Shown here: piece by piece, positions 20,424-31,000 of the stretch
Position numbering within the stretch: the stretch's first letter is position 1
Layout of the letters: every line of letters starts with the position of its first letter
From: a bacterium
Lineage (GTDB): Bacteria > Acidobacteriota > Aminicenantia > Aminicenantales > Aminicenantaceae
Reading direction: 5' to 3'
NCBI GenBank assembly: GCA_018335295.1
Contig: JAGXKI010000006.1
Span: 4,443-68,442 of the forward strand
DNA: 64,000 nucleotides
Notes under the pieces: model-generated
Seen by the model: the letters and a program-made list of their open reading frames with translations, nothing else
Database searches by the model: none
Told to the model about the DNA's origin: nothing
Program-made: the position numbers and the translations under genes

Positions 20424-21779
20424 ATGATGAAGAGAATTTTACGTGGTTTGAGGGGAATTGTTGTATTTGCTCTTATTCTGAGCTTTCCTCTTCAGGCACA
20501 GGAAAAAGCCTCTCATTTTAAACTGGAAAACGGAATGGAGGTCTTTTGTTATGAAAGACATTCCCTCCCTTTAATCCATGTCGTTGTTGGAGTCAACCTG
20601 GGTTCCAAAGATGAAACAAAGAAAACCAGCGGGATGGTCCATATCCTTGAACACTGCGCCTTGTTCCGGGGTACAGAGACACGAAGTGGAACTCAAGTAG
20701 CTCAGGATGTAAGAGAACATGGAGCCTATTTTAATGCTCATACCGGTCGGGATCTCTCCCTGTTCGAATTAGCGGTTCCTTCTGAATACGCTGATTGGGG
20801 GTTAAAAAACCAGAAAAACATCCTCTTTCAGCTCAAAATAACCCAGGAAGAACTGGAAAAGGAAAAACAAATCATTCTGGAAGAAATCAATCAAGTTGAA
20901 GACGACCCCTTGAAGTATGCTACTTCTCTTATCTATCAAAATCTTTTTCAAAGCCATCCCTATCAAAAACCCATTTATGGAAACAAAAAAAATATAGAAA
21001 ACGCAACAGGAGAGCAGTTAGAAAAATTTCATAAAAAATTTTTTGTCCCCTCCAACTGTGTTCTCTCTGTGGTCGGAGATTTTAGCTTGGAAGAAATGAA
21101 AGAAAAAATCAAATCAATATTTGAAAATATCCCCGAGGGCAACGTGTCCCCTCGTCAATACCCACAGGCACCCCCATTAGAGAAAAAAATTGAAAAGAAA
21201 AAAGAAATGGACGTGCAACAAGGTTATTTGGTCATCGGAGTACCCGCTCCTGATTACAACCATCCAGACCAGTATGCTGTGGATCTTCTGACAGAAATCA
21301 TGGGAAGAGGAGTAAAACCTCTTCTCAACACCCCTCTTCAAAAAAGAAGAGTTAATGTTCACTCTATTTCCATGAGCTACAATTCCCTCAAATACGGGGG
21401 AGTCATACAGATTAATGTACGGATTGACCCTAAGAACATCCATACAGCCCAGAGAGAGATCATCCAGTACTTAAAAAAGACCCGAAGATTAAACTATTCC
21501 AAAAATGACTATATGGGAGCTCAACGTTTCCATGCTTTGGACTATTTGAAAAGTGCTCAAAATCGAATCAAACACAGATTTCATCAATCCCAAGAAAAAG
21601 GCCGGAATCTGGCTGTATCCTTGGTTCGATTCATGCTCTTGAATAAAGACCCTGAAAGAGGAAATTATATTGACCAGATTGAAAAACTCAGTTCTACAGA
21701 TATTCGTAAAGCTGCGGGAAATTACTTGAGTACGAGTGAGTATGTGGTGGTCTCTATTTTGCCCCAGAAAAAAGAGTGA
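20424..21779 (+). CDS. M16 family zinc peptidase (pitrilysin/MPP-beta-like), active subunit, signal peptide
   Basis: HILEH (HxxEH), FNAHT, EKEKQIILEE; likely start 20424 (the track starts at 20364), giving signal-like MMKRILRGLRGIVVFALILSFPLQA. Confidence 0.88.
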   Translation: MMKRILRGLRGIVVFALILSFPLQAQEKASHFKLENGMEVFCYERHSLPLIHVVVGVNLGSKDETKKTSGMVHILEHCALFRGTETRSGTQVAQDVREHGAYFNAHTGRDLSLFELAVPSEYADWGLKNQKNILFQLKITQEELEKEKQIILEEINQVEDDPLKYATSLIYQNLFQSHPYQKPIYGNKKNIENATGEQLEKFHKKFFVPSNCVLSVVGDFSLEEMKEKIKSIFENIPEGNVSPRQYPQAPPLEKKIEKKKEMDVQQGYLVIGVPAPDYNHPDQYAVDLLTEIMGRGVKPLLNTPLQKRRVNVHSISMSYNSLKYGGVIQINVRIDPKNIHTAQREIIQYLKKTRRLNYSKNDYMGAQRFHALDYLKSAQNRIKHRFHQSQEKGRNLAVSLVRFMLLNKDPERGNYIDQIEKLSSTDIRKAAGNYLSTSEYVVVSILPQKKE

Positions 21780-21785
21780 ACTCTC

Positions 21786-23135
21786 ATGAATCATTTATTG
21801 AAAAACGGACTTCCCAGAAAAGCTTTTCTGGGGGTCTGTGTATTCTTTCTCTCCTTCTTTATGGCCTTTCCTTACCAGAAGCCTCTCTCCAAAACTTCAG
21901 CACAAAAAAAAGTTTTGGACAACGGGCTCACCCTGATCTATCAACTGGACACTTCTTCTCCCCTCACAGTTCTCCAAATTTTTATTAAAGGGGGAAAAGG
22001 GGCTGAACCCCAAGGAAAAGAAGGTTTAGCCTATTTAACCACCCGTCTCACCTTGGAAATTCCTGACCGGGGAAAAATCCAAGATTTAATGAACCAGGCC
22101 ACCCATTTATCTATGTCCTGTGAAAGGGATTATTCACTGGTCCGGATTTCTTGCTTGTCCGAGTACCTGGAAAGCACTCTGGACCTGGTAACCACGATCA
22201 TGGGGGATCCTCTTTTTTCCGGATTGAGAATCAACCGCATTAAAGAATTGATGGGTCATTACCGAGAATCTGAAAGCGATGACCCTCTCAACGTTGCTCA
22301 TAACGCCTTCACCAACTCCTTATTCCAGAATACCCCTTATGCGGGTTTATTTTACGGGAGCAAACAGTCCCTTAAAGCTATAAAAAAGAAAGATATTGTC
22401 AACTTTTATAAAAACCATTTCAATGCGGATAATATGATCATCTCTTTGTCTACCGACCGGCCCAAAAAGGAAATTGTGAAAACTATCCAGGAGTATTTCA
22501 ATGAGTTCCCCCCTGGAGAATCATCTGAAACCAAATCTTTTTCCTTCACTCCTCCTGAAAATCATTCTCAAACTATTGATAAGGATACCCAACAGTATGT
22601 CGTCTCTCTCGGTTATCCCTTACCCAAAACTACAACTAAAAACTATGTTTATGGGCTCATGCTGGAAAACCTGCTGGGAAAGGGCTTCAATTCCCGATTA
22701 TGGCCTTTAAGAGTGAAAGAAAAGCTGGCCTACCATGTGAATTCCAGAGTTACCCTTTTGAGAAAAAAAAGTATGATTGAAGCCTTTTTAGAAACAGACC
22801 GGGATAAAAAGGAATATGCGGTTCAAGCTCTAAAAAGAACACTTCACCGACTTTCTGAGAAAGGAATCACACAAAAAGAATTGAAAACAACCAAAATTTT
22901 CACCAAAGCCTCTTTTTTAAGAGAAAACGAAACCAAGAAAAACCGCACTTATACTCTGGGGTCATTTGAAGCTTTAGGCTTGGGGTTCGACTTTCTTCAA
23001 CGTATCTTTCAAGAAATTGATAAGATTGAAGTGGAAGAATTCAACTCTTTCCTCCAAAATTATCTGGACCCCCACAAAGAAATTCAAGTGATCGTGGGCC
23101 CTCAAAGGAAAAAATCCCCACCTCAAAACAAATAA
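21786..23135 (+). CDS. M16 family peptidase-like subunit lacking HxxEH (non-catalytic partner)
   Basis: VLDNGLTL, EGLAYLTTRL in place of HxxEH, SRLWPLRVKEKLAYHV. Confidence 0.82.
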   Translation: MNHLLKNGLPRKAFLGVCVFFLSFFMAFPYQKPLSKTSAQKKVLDNGLTLIYQLDTSSPLTVLQIFIKGGKGAEPQGKEGLAYLTTRLTLEIPDRGKIQDLMNQATHLSMSCERDYSLVRISCLSEYLESTLDLVTTIMGDPLFSGLRINRIKELMGHYRESESDDPLNVAHNAFTNSLFQNTPYAGLFYGSKQSLKAIKKKDIVNFYKNHFNADNMIISLSTDRPKKEIVKTIQEYFNEFPPGESSETKSFSFTPPENHSQTIDKDTQQYVVSLGYPLPKTTTKNYVYGLMLENLLGKGFNSRLWPLRVKEKLAYHVNSRVTLLRKKSMIEAFLETDRDKKEYAVQALKRTLHRLSEKGITQKELKTTKIFTKASFLRENETKKNRTYTLGSFEALGLGFDFLQRIFQEIDKIEVEEFNSFLQNYLDPHKEIQVIVGPQRKKSPPQNK

Positions 23136-23138
23136 ATT

Positions 23139-24530
23139 TCATTCCGTTGCTGTGATTTCTTCAACTTCCTCCACTTCTTTGGGAATCGGTTTTCCTAAAA
23201 CCCGAGCCCCCTCATTGGTTACTAAAACATCATCTTCAATCCGAATCCCACCGAAATCTCTGTACTTCTCTACCTTTTGATAATCGATAAACTGAGTATT
23301 CTTTTTATCTTCCTTCCATTTATCGATTAATTTAGGAATAAAATAAACCCCCGGTTCAACAGTTAACACATATCCTGATTTGAGGGGCTTAGCGAAACGG
23401 AGAGCAGCCAGGCCAAACTGCTGGCTCTTTTTTACAGTTTCATCATAACCCACATATTTTTCTCCCAAATCTTCCATATCATGCACATCCAATCCCATCG
23501 GATGCCCCAACCCGTGGGGGAAAAACAGAGCATGAGCTCCCGCTTTGACAGCATCATCCACATTCCCTTTAATGAGCCCCAGTTCTTTTAACCCCGAGGC
23601 AATGGTATGGGCCGCTTTCAAATGGACATCTTTAAACTTAATTCCAGGCTTCATCAATTCTATAGCCGTTTTTTGGGCATTCAAAACTATCTTATAAACC
23701 TCTTTTTGCGGGGAGCTGAATTTCCCATCCACCGGACAAGTCCGGGTAATATCGGCCGCATAATGCATGGAGGATTCAGCTCCTGAATCATTGACCACCA
23801 TTCTTCCCTTCTGAAGAACATTCCCATGATAATGATTGTGAAGAATTTGACCGTTGATGGTCAGTATGGTGGGAAAAGCCGTCAAACATCCAGCGGAAAA
23901 AACCAGACCCTCCATCTGCCCTACGATTTCTCTTTCATACACTCCCGCTTTGGCCATCTTCATGGCTTGGGTGTGCATTTCATAAGTTAAAGAATGAGCC
24001 TTTTCTATCTCTTCAATTTCTTCTTTAGATTTAATAAGCCTTTGAGCGACCACTGCTTTGATGAGCTCTTCGGAAGCATAATCGGGAACTAGAGAAGAAG
24101 AAATTCCCAATAATTTTTCAATTTTCAAACAATTCTCCGGTCGGTACGGAGGCAGAAAATGGATCCTCCTTCCTTTCCGGATGGCCTGTCTCAGTATTTT
24201 TTCCAGTTTATCTAGAGGATATGTTTCTTTAACCCCCACCTGGCGTGCTCTATCCTTAAGGAGAGGCTGGTCGCCCATCCATACCACTTCCTCCACATCC
24301 ACATCATTTCCATAAAGAACACTGCGGTTTTCATCCACATCAATCAATCCAGCCAACCCGGGGGAATCAAGGCCAAAAAAATACAAAAAGGAACTGTCCT
24401 GGCGAAAAGGGTAAGTATTGCCCGGATAATTCATAGAACTTTCTTGATTTCCTAAAAATAAAATCAACCCAGATTTGATTTTCTCTCTGAGCTGTTCTCT
24501 TCTTTCCGTATAAATATTAGCCTTAAACAT
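23139..24530 (-). CDS. pepP: Xaa-Pro aminopeptidase (M24B)
   Basis: FRQDSSFLY, DSGAE...YAADITRT, HGLGHPMGLDVHD, TVEPGVY, GIRIEDD. Confidence 0.92.
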   Translation of the reverse strand: MFKANIYTERREQLREKIKSGLILFLGNQESSMNYPGNTYPFRQDSSFLYFFGLDSPGLAGLIDVDENRSVLYGNDVDVEEVVWMGDQPLLKDRARQVGVKETYPLDKLEKILRQAIRKGRRIHFLPPYRPENCLKIEKLLGISSSLVPDYASEELIKAVVAQRLIKSKEEIEEIEKAHSLTYEMHTQAMKMAKAGVYEREIVGQMEGLVFSAGCLTAFPTILTINGQILHNHYHGNVLQKGRMVVNDSGAESSMHYAADITRTCPVDGKFSSPQKEVYKIVLNAQKTAIELMKPGIKFKDVHLKAAHTIASGLKELGLIKGNVDDAVKAGAHALFFPHGLGHPMGLDVHDMEDLGEKYVGYDETVKKSQQFGLAALRFAKPLKSGYVLTVEPGVYFIPKLIDKWKEDKKNTQFIDYQKVEKYRDFGGIRIEDDVLVTNEGARVLGKPIPKEVEEVEEITATE

Positions 24531-24580
24531 TATCTATCTCCTTTTAAAGGGATTTATTTTTATAATAGGGAAAGCTATAT

Positions 24581-25276
24581 TTAATGATTTTTTTCAGCAA
24601 TTTTCAAAGCTTTTTGGTAGTATCTCTTTAAAAACTTTTCCTGAACCTTATAGGACCAGTGAACATCCCGCATGAAATCAGCTGCTTCCTCTTTTTTTCC
24701 TTGCTCAACTAATTTTAATAACTTCTGATGTTCCTTAATGGATGCTTCTTCCCACTCTTTCACAAACCCTTCCTGGCGAGGAAAATCATACAATCTCTTT
24801 TTTAGATTATCCACAATCTTCACCAATTTTTTATTGGTACAAAGATCTAAAAACACATTATGGGCCTTAACATTGTACTTATAGTAAAGGTTAAAATTAT
24901 CATCTTTAATGGCTTCTTCCATTTTCTGCAAGTGTTTTCTCATTTTATCAATATCTGAGTCCTTTAACTTATCAAAAACGGAAAGGATAACCGTACTCTC
25001 CAGGGCCCCTATTATTTCATAGTAATCTTTAATTTCCTGAAGAGTGAGGTGTTTTACCTTTACCCCTCTCCGGGGTTGGATGGTGACAAAATCTTCCATT
25101 TCCAGACGAAGCAGTGCATCCCTTAAGGGAGTTTTACTGACCCCTAATTTTTGAGAAAGTTCATCCATATTAATCGAAGACCCGGGACGAATTTCACCTT
25201 TTTCCATTTGCTTTCTCAAATATTCATAAACTTGGTCTTTTAATGATTTCAGAGTGATGATGGGTTCTTTGGGCAT
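24581..25276 (-). CDS. GntR family regulator (FCD/FadR-type effector domain)
   Basis: wHTH LSQKLGVSKTPLRDALLRL...PRRG; FCD with conserved His (AHNVF, EHQK, VH). Confidence 0.9.
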   Translation of the reverse strand: MPKEPIITLKSLKDQVYEYLRKQMEKGEIRPGSSINMDELSQKLGVSKTPLRDALLRLEMEDFVTIQPRRGVKVKHLTLQEIKDYYEIIGALESTVILSVFDKLKDSDIDKMRKHLQKMEEAIKDDNFNLYYKYNVKAHNVFLDLCTNKKLVKIVDNLKKRLYDFPRQEGFVKEWEEASIKEHQKLLKLVEQGKKEEAADFMRDVHWSYKVQEKFLKRYYQKALKIAEKNH

Positions 25277-25400
25277 TTAAAAATATCTCTCCCTTATATC
25301 TTTTTGTATTTCTGTATAACATATTTTTCCCTTCTTTGTCACGAATCATTTTATACGCCTAATATTTAATGGATTATATTTAAGGAATTTTTTTTAACTT

Positions 25401-26966
25401 TTATTCTTCCTTTCCTCTTTTAAACCTGGACAAAGATTGAGCGGAAGGAGTTACAGCTATCCCTCCTCTGGATGTACATCTTAATTCTGAGGGCAGCATT
25501 TTACCTACGGAATAGACAGCGTCAATCGTCTCATCCAGAGGAATGGGATTTTTATAGCCTCCTAAGATTAAATCAGCACAGACATAAGCACTAGAGGCAG
25601 CCACAGCGTTGCGGGTATGGCAGGGAATTTCGCAGGCTCCTTGAACTAGATCACACACAGAACCCATGATATTCTGGAAAAAAATGGCGGCGGCATCCAC
25701 GGCCTGCTGTGGAGTTCCCCCAGCTATCTCCACCACTCCCGCAGCTCCCATAGCCCCTGCCGCCCCTATCTCTACCTGACACCCTGCCTCTTCAGCAGCA
25801 AAAGTGGCCCTCCGGGCCACAATTAAACCTATGGATGATGCAGCGCCTAACCCTTTTATTATTTTTTTTAGGGGGAATTTTCTATCCTCATACAAACTAA
25901 CCATCACCCCTGGGATTACCCCGGAGGCTCCTCCTGTGGGAGCCGCGCAGACCACTCCCATACTATTGTTGATATGAAGAGCAACCATGGCTCTGGCGGC
26001 AGCCTTGGTATGAATTCCTCCTGTTGAAAGTTCCCCCTTCTTTTCCCTTCTCCATATTTTTCCTCCGCTGGAAGAAAGAAGCTGCATTTTTATATTTTTT
26101 TCTTTCAATCCCTGTTTAACCGAATCCTTCATGATTTGAAAACGCCTTTCCATCTCTTGTCGAACTTCTTTCTTTTCCATTCCTAAAAGTTGAGCTTCAT
26201 AGGATAATCCTGTTTCCCCCAAAGTGAGGTTATTCTTTTCAGCTTGTTCTAACATCTCCTGAGTATTTGTAAAAAGACTCTCTCCTTTTTTCATATAAAA
26301 AACCGGCGAACTTTTCCATACATTGCTGACACTATTTAATTTTATTATTTTTTGATACACCTCTGAAGAAATGCCTGAACTGAAATTCGCCTGAAGGATT
26401 CGTTTATCCTCGTTTCCCCTCTCCGTAAGATTACCAGAAAACTGATTCAGAGAAGATAGAATATTTTTTATCTGAGATATTCCCGGTTTTTCTGTCTCCA
26501 CAGCTAATTGATAAGATTTTCCATCTATGGAAACAGGCCATTCTTCTACTTGATAAATTTCTATATTCCCACCTCCTGTGGATTTAGCCATTATCGTCAA
26601 ATTCTTTCCCCTTTTTCCTATCATCTCTATTTTGACTGTGTTGGGATGTTGGGCTTCTTTAAGAGGTAGAACTTCAAACTTGACTTTCAGCCCCTCTTTT
26701 TCAGCCCAACTATCAGCCTCAAGGAACCGTCCATCTGTGAGCGACCATTCCATAAGCCCCGCTAAAAAGGCCAAGTCTACACCCTGCTGACGGTAAATCT
26801 GAGCATACGAGCCTTTCGGGTCGAAGGTGAAGGTGACTGAATAAGGATTTTCCCCGAATAAACTTCGAGCAATCCTCCCGATGCGGTAAGAACCAGCGGT
26901 ATGAGAACTGGAAGGTCCTCTCATAACAGGACCCAAGACATCATTGAAAATGCTAATGAATTTCAT
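25401..26966 (-). CDS. sdaA: Fe-S-dependent L-serine dehydratase, fused beta+alpha subunits
   Basis: GPVMRGPSSSHTAG (beta), STGGGNI, CAAPTGGASGVIPG, AGCQVEIG, GSVCD...IPCHTRN, LRCTSRGG; 521 aa. Confidence 0.85.
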   Translation of the reverse strand: MKFISIFNDVLGPVMRGPSSSHTAGSYRIGRIARSLFGENPYSVTFTFDPKGSYAQIYRQQGVDLAFLAGLMEWSLTDGRFLEADSWAEKEGLKVKFEVLPLKEAQHPNTVKIEMIGKRGKNLTIMAKSTGGGNIEIYQVEEWPVSIDGKSYQLAVETEKPGISQIKNILSSLNQFSGNLTERGNEDKRILQANFSSGISSEVYQKIIKLNSVSNVWKSSPVFYMKKGESLFTNTQEMLEQAEKNNLTLGETGLSYEAQLLGMEKKEVRQEMERRFQIMKDSVKQGLKEKNIKMQLLSSSGGKIWRREKKGELSTGGIHTKAAARAMVALHINNSMGVVCAAPTGGASGVIPGVMVSLYEDRKFPLKKIIKGLGAASSIGLIVARRATFAAEEAGCQVEIGAAGAMGAAGVVEIAGGTPQQAVDAAAIFFQNIMGSVCDLVQGACEIPCHTRNAVAASSAYVCADLILGGYKNPIPLDETIDAVYSVGKMLPSELRCTSRGGIAVTPSAQSLSRFKRGKEE

Positions 26967-26983
26967 TTTTCTCCTTTTTAAAA

Positions 26984-29242
26984 TTATTTTGGGCCCTTCT
27001 GAAGATGATTCTTCAGATAACTGGTAAGAACTCCGAAAAGGTGCCGTCTGGTATTTTTTCCTTCAGAGATACTGTGGCTCCGGTTGGGGTAAGGAACCAA
27101 AGTGAATTTTTTATTATGTCTTATCAGTTCGTTTATAAGGACTTCTGTACTTTGATAATGGACATTATCATCGGCTGTGCCATGGACGAGAAGTAAATCC
27201 CCTTTCAGTTGGTGGGCATATGTCACCGGAGAGCCTTTTTTGTATCCTTCGTTGTTATTCTTAGGCAACCCCATATACCTTTCTTGATAAATTGTGTCAT
27301 AAAAACGCTGATTACTGACATAGGCAACGGCCATAGCTGTGTTGTAGAGGTTTGGATATCGAAAAATAGCGTTAAGGCTCATAGAACCTCCACCACTCCA
27401 GCCCCAAACACCGATTCTCTCAGAGTCTACATAATCCCTTTTTTCAGCCAATTTCCTCACTGCGGCCGCTTGATCTCGGGAAGCTAAAATCCCAATCTGG
27501 CGGTAAATGCACTTTCTCCATTCTCTACCCCGGGGAGCTGGAGTCCCTCTATTGTCGATACTCACGACTACATACCCTTGTTGGGTTAGCATCAAATGCC
27601 ACAAATAACGTTTCCCACCCCAACGATCCAGGACAGTTTGACCTGCTGGTTCTCCGTAAACATAAACCAGAAGAGGGTATTTTTTGTGTTTATCCAAATT
27701 ATAGGGCTTCATTGACCAGGCATCCAGCAAAACATTTTCTTCAACCTCAATCCGGAAAAATTCTGCGGGAGAACGCTTCAATTTCTCAACTTTTTCCTTT
27801 AATTCAGCGTTATCTACCAAATTTTTTACTAATTTATGGTCGGGCAAGCGGATAAGGTCGGTTACGGGAGGAGTATCAAAACAGGTATGGGTATGAAAGG
27901 CCCACCGCGCTTGAGAGGAAATTTTATAGTTATTTGTCCCGGAGAAATCATCAGGAGTCACTTTCTCTGGTTGACCTCTTCCATCCAGTTTCTGGCGGTA
28001 AAGATACCTTCGAGTGGGATCATGAGGAGAAGCTATAAAATAAAGCCACCCTTTTTCTTCATCCACTTTTTCTATATTTATAACATCATACTTTCCGGGG
28101 GTTATTAACTGGGCTTCCTCTATCTTTATAGAGACTAAATAGGCATGACGCCGTCCGTCTCGTTCACTCAACCAGAGAAATTTCTTCCCCTCATCCAGCC
28201 AGATAAAATCATCCATAACCTCGACCCAAGCTTTATCCTTGTCTTCAAAAATTGTGTTAACTTCTCCGGTATTAATATTTCCCACCATCACTTTATTGAC
28301 GTTCTGCAAGCGGTTGAGACTCTGGAAAATAACTTCTCTGGAATGGGGAATCCACTCCATACGGGGAACATAATGGTCACGAAGACTCCCCGGAAGGTTA
28401 AACCAGGTGGTCTCTCCTCCTCTGGAATTTATAACTCCTATTTTGCATACAGGGTTGGTGGTACCTACCTTAGGATATCTGATTGGGGTAAGCTGGGGAT
28501 AAATTGAATCTGTATAATTAACCAGATAATAAGTTCCTACTCCGTGGTCATCAATCTGCCAGTAGGCGATGTATTCTCCATCAGGGCTCCATCTGTACCC
28601 ATCTCGTAAACGAAACTCCTCCTCATAAACCCAATCAGAAGTCCCGTTAGATATAAGTTCAGAACCGTCTTGGGTTAACTGCAGGATTTTATGTTCATCT
28701 AAAGATTCCACATAAATGTTATCTTTATGGACATAGGCGACTCGGTTTCCAGAAGGAGAAAATTTGGCAAACATAAGGCTCGACGGTTCCATGTTTTTCC
28801 CTAGCTTTTCCAGATTATTCGTTTCTAAATTAAGCACCCAGTAATCTCCCCTGGAATTGACTCTCCACACTCTCTCGGTATTGGTAAAAATAAGTAATTT
28901 CTTTCTATCTTCCAACCATTTGTAGTCAGCAATCTTAAGCGGTTCAGATTTTCCTTCCGGAATAAGCATTTTAGCAGGAACCAAGACTTTCTTTTTTCCA
29001 GTTTCCGGGTTATAACGAATGATATCTTTACCTTTATGAGATGATTCTTCCAGTGTGGTATACCCCTTTCCATTCTTTAACCACTTAGCAGCTCCAAATC
29101 TCTCTGGAGAAAATTCATCAGAATCGTATATCCTATCCAGAGTTAAAAGAGAAGGATCCTCTTTTTTCTTCCCACAAAGAGAAGAAAGTCCGACTAATAA
29201 AATGAAAATAAAAATATAAACAGTTTCCCTTCTCCAGTTCAT
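26984..29242 (-). CDS. S9B dipeptidyl-peptidase IV family protein, exported
   Basis: DWVYEEE, YPKVG, GWSGGG nucleophile, GTADDNVH, NRSHS. Confidence 0.92.
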   Translation of the reverse strand: MNWRRETVYIFIFILLVGLSSLCGKKKEDPSLLTLDRIYDSDEFSPERFGAAKWLKNGKGYTTLEESSHKGKDIIRYNPETGKKKVLVPAKMLIPEGKSEPLKIADYKWLEDRKKLLIFTNTERVWRVNSRGDYWVLNLETNNLEKLGKNMEPSSLMFAKFSPSGNRVAYVHKDNIYVESLDEHKILQLTQDGSELISNGTSDWVYEEEFRLRDGYRWSPDGEYIAYWQIDDHGVGTYYLVNYTDSIYPQLTPIRYPKVGTTNPVCKIGVINSRGGETTWFNLPGSLRDHYVPRMEWIPHSREVIFQSLNRLQNVNKVMVGNINTGEVNTIFEDKDKAWVEVMDDFIWLDEGKKFLWLSERDGRRHAYLVSIKIEEAQLITPGKYDVINIEKVDEEKGWLYFIASPHDPTRRYLYRQKLDGRGQPEKVTPDDFSGTNNYKISSQARWAFHTHTCFDTPPVTDLIRLPDHKLVKNLVDNAELKEKVEKLKRSPAEFFRIEVEENVLLDAWSMKPYNLDKHKKYPLLVYVYGEPAGQTVLDRWGGKRYLWHLMLTQQGYVVVSIDNRGTPAPRGREWRKCIYRQIGILASRDQAAAVRKLAEKRDYVDSERIGVWGWSGGGSMSLNAIFRYPNLYNTAMAVAYVSNQRFYDTIYQERYMGLPKNNNEGYKKGSPVTYAHQLKGDLLLVHGTADDNVHYQSTEVLINELIRHNKKFTLVPYPNRSHSISEGKNTRRHLFGVLTSYLKNHLQKGPK

Positions 29243-29705
29243 TATTCTCTCCTTTTTTAAAAAATATTTGAATATTGAATATTAATCCCCTTTTATTTTT
29301 CTTCAGGTCTTAAATTCAACCTCTCTTTCACTCCAAACTCTCCAGAAAAACTCTTCTTATGAGTGTGTAATTACTTACCACATTAGTCCATTTTCTAAGA
29401 TGATTTTGTCCAGAAGAGAAGCTTTCATGCTTTACTCCTTTCTTCTATTTCAACATGTGATATATCAGATTATTAGTAAAATATCAAAGTTCTTTCAATC
29501 AAGTTTTTATATATCTCTAACATTATCAATCAATTAATTTATAATTTTTAGTAATTATTTTAAATTCTTCTTTGTATTTTTCTTAACTTTAATTAAAATA
29601 TTTTTATCAGGACCCTAGATGGAGTTATTTATCAATCACATTATATTCTTTCTATCATTTATTTCTTCCACTTTAAAATTAAGTTCCAAATAAAAAATCT
29701 CTCTC

Positions 29706-30842
29706 ATGAAGCTACCTCAAAAAAAGCTAAACTCTGTGTTGATTAAACCAGCCGGTCCAGACTGCAACATGCACTGTACTTACTGTTTCTATTTAGAAAA
29801 AAAAGACTTATTCAAACAAAATAAAATACACCGGATGGATGAGCAAACTCTGGAGGAGACCATAAGACAAGTTATGACCCATGGAGGGTCTCAGGTCTCC
29901 TTCGGCTGGCAGGGTGGAGAACCCACCCTTATGGGCCTCCAATTTTTTAAAAAAGCAGTTCAACTGCAAGAACGTTTCGGTTTTCAGCAATCCGTGGGAA
30001 ACGGCCTTCAAACCAACGGGCTTCTGCTGGATTATAAATGGGCCCAATTTCTAAAAAAGTATCATTTTCTGGTAGGACTTTCCTTAGACGGCCCTGAACA
30101 CATCCACAATCACTACCGCCGCTTAAAGAACGGCGATGGATCCTGGTCTCGAGTCACATATAAAGCCCAACTATTACTGGATGAAGGAGTCGCTGTGAAC
30201 GCTCTAACCGCGGTCAATAACTATTCGGTCCAATTTCCCGATGAAATTTACCAATTCCATAAGGATTTAGGATTGAATTACATGCAGTTTATTCCCTGTG
30301 TGGAAACAGATCCGGATAATCCTTCTCAGGCTGCTCCTTTTTCGGTCTCTTCGACCAAATACGGGGAATTTTTATGCCGATTGTTCGATTTATGGGTTTC
30401 TGATTTCGTTAACGGGCAACCCATGACCTCCATCCGTTTTTTCGAGTCGGTCTTTTATCATTATGTAGGTCTTCAACCTCCTGAATGCAACCTTCTTCCC
30501 CAATGTGGGATCTATTTGGTTATCGAACACAATGGGGACGTTTATTCTTGCGATTTTTTTGTCGAACCTGAGTGGAAGCTGGGAAATATAAAAAACGGAA
30601 ACTTAACAGAAATGCTGAATTCACGGAGACAAAACAAATTCGGAAAGATAAAATCAAATCTCCCTCCAAAATGTCAATCCTGCCCTTGGTTAAAATATTG
30701 TTGGGGAGGCTGCACCAAAGACAGGATTAAAGACCCTCGAGATAAAGGTCTCAATCACTTCTGTGAATCTTACCAAATGTTTTTTAACCATGCTGACTCT
30801 TTCTTTAAAAAATTAGCTCAGGAATGGAAATCACAGCAATGA
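29706..30842 (+). CDS. Anaerobic sulfatase maturase (radical SAM/SPASM, AslB/anSME family)
   Basis: IKPAGPDCNMHCTYC, WQGGEPTL, SLDG, YSCDFF, CQSCPWLKYCWGGC. Confidence 0.92.
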   Translation: MKLPQKKLNSVLIKPAGPDCNMHCTYCFYLEKKDLFKQNKIHRMDEQTLEETIRQVMTHGGSQVSFGWQGGEPTLMGLQFFKKAVQLQERFGFQQSVGNGLQTNGLLLDYKWAQFLKKYHFLVGLSLDGPEHIHNHYRRLKNGDGSWSRVTYKAQLLLDEGVAVNALTAVNNYSVQFPDEIYQFHKDLGLNYMQFIPCVETDPDNPSQAAPFSVSSTKYGEFLCRLFDLWVSDFVNGQPMTSIRFFESVFYHYVGLQPPECNLLPQCGIYLVIEHNGDVYSCDFFVEPEWKLGNIKNGNLTEMLNSRRQNKFGKIKSNLPPKCQSCPWLKYCWGGCTKDRIKDPRDKGLNHFCESYQMFFNHADSFFKKLAQEWKSQQ

Positions 30843-31000
30843 AGACAGACTGAACTTATCTCCTCCACTTTTCAGTCTTTTCTCTAAAAGTAGGATAAAA
30901 TGATCCATTTCTTTGAGTTAACGGATTCAAATATAAAACTTTTGTTGGAGCTATAATGAAACTTCTCTGGCTAAAGCCATGAGCATAAGGAGACAAAAAA

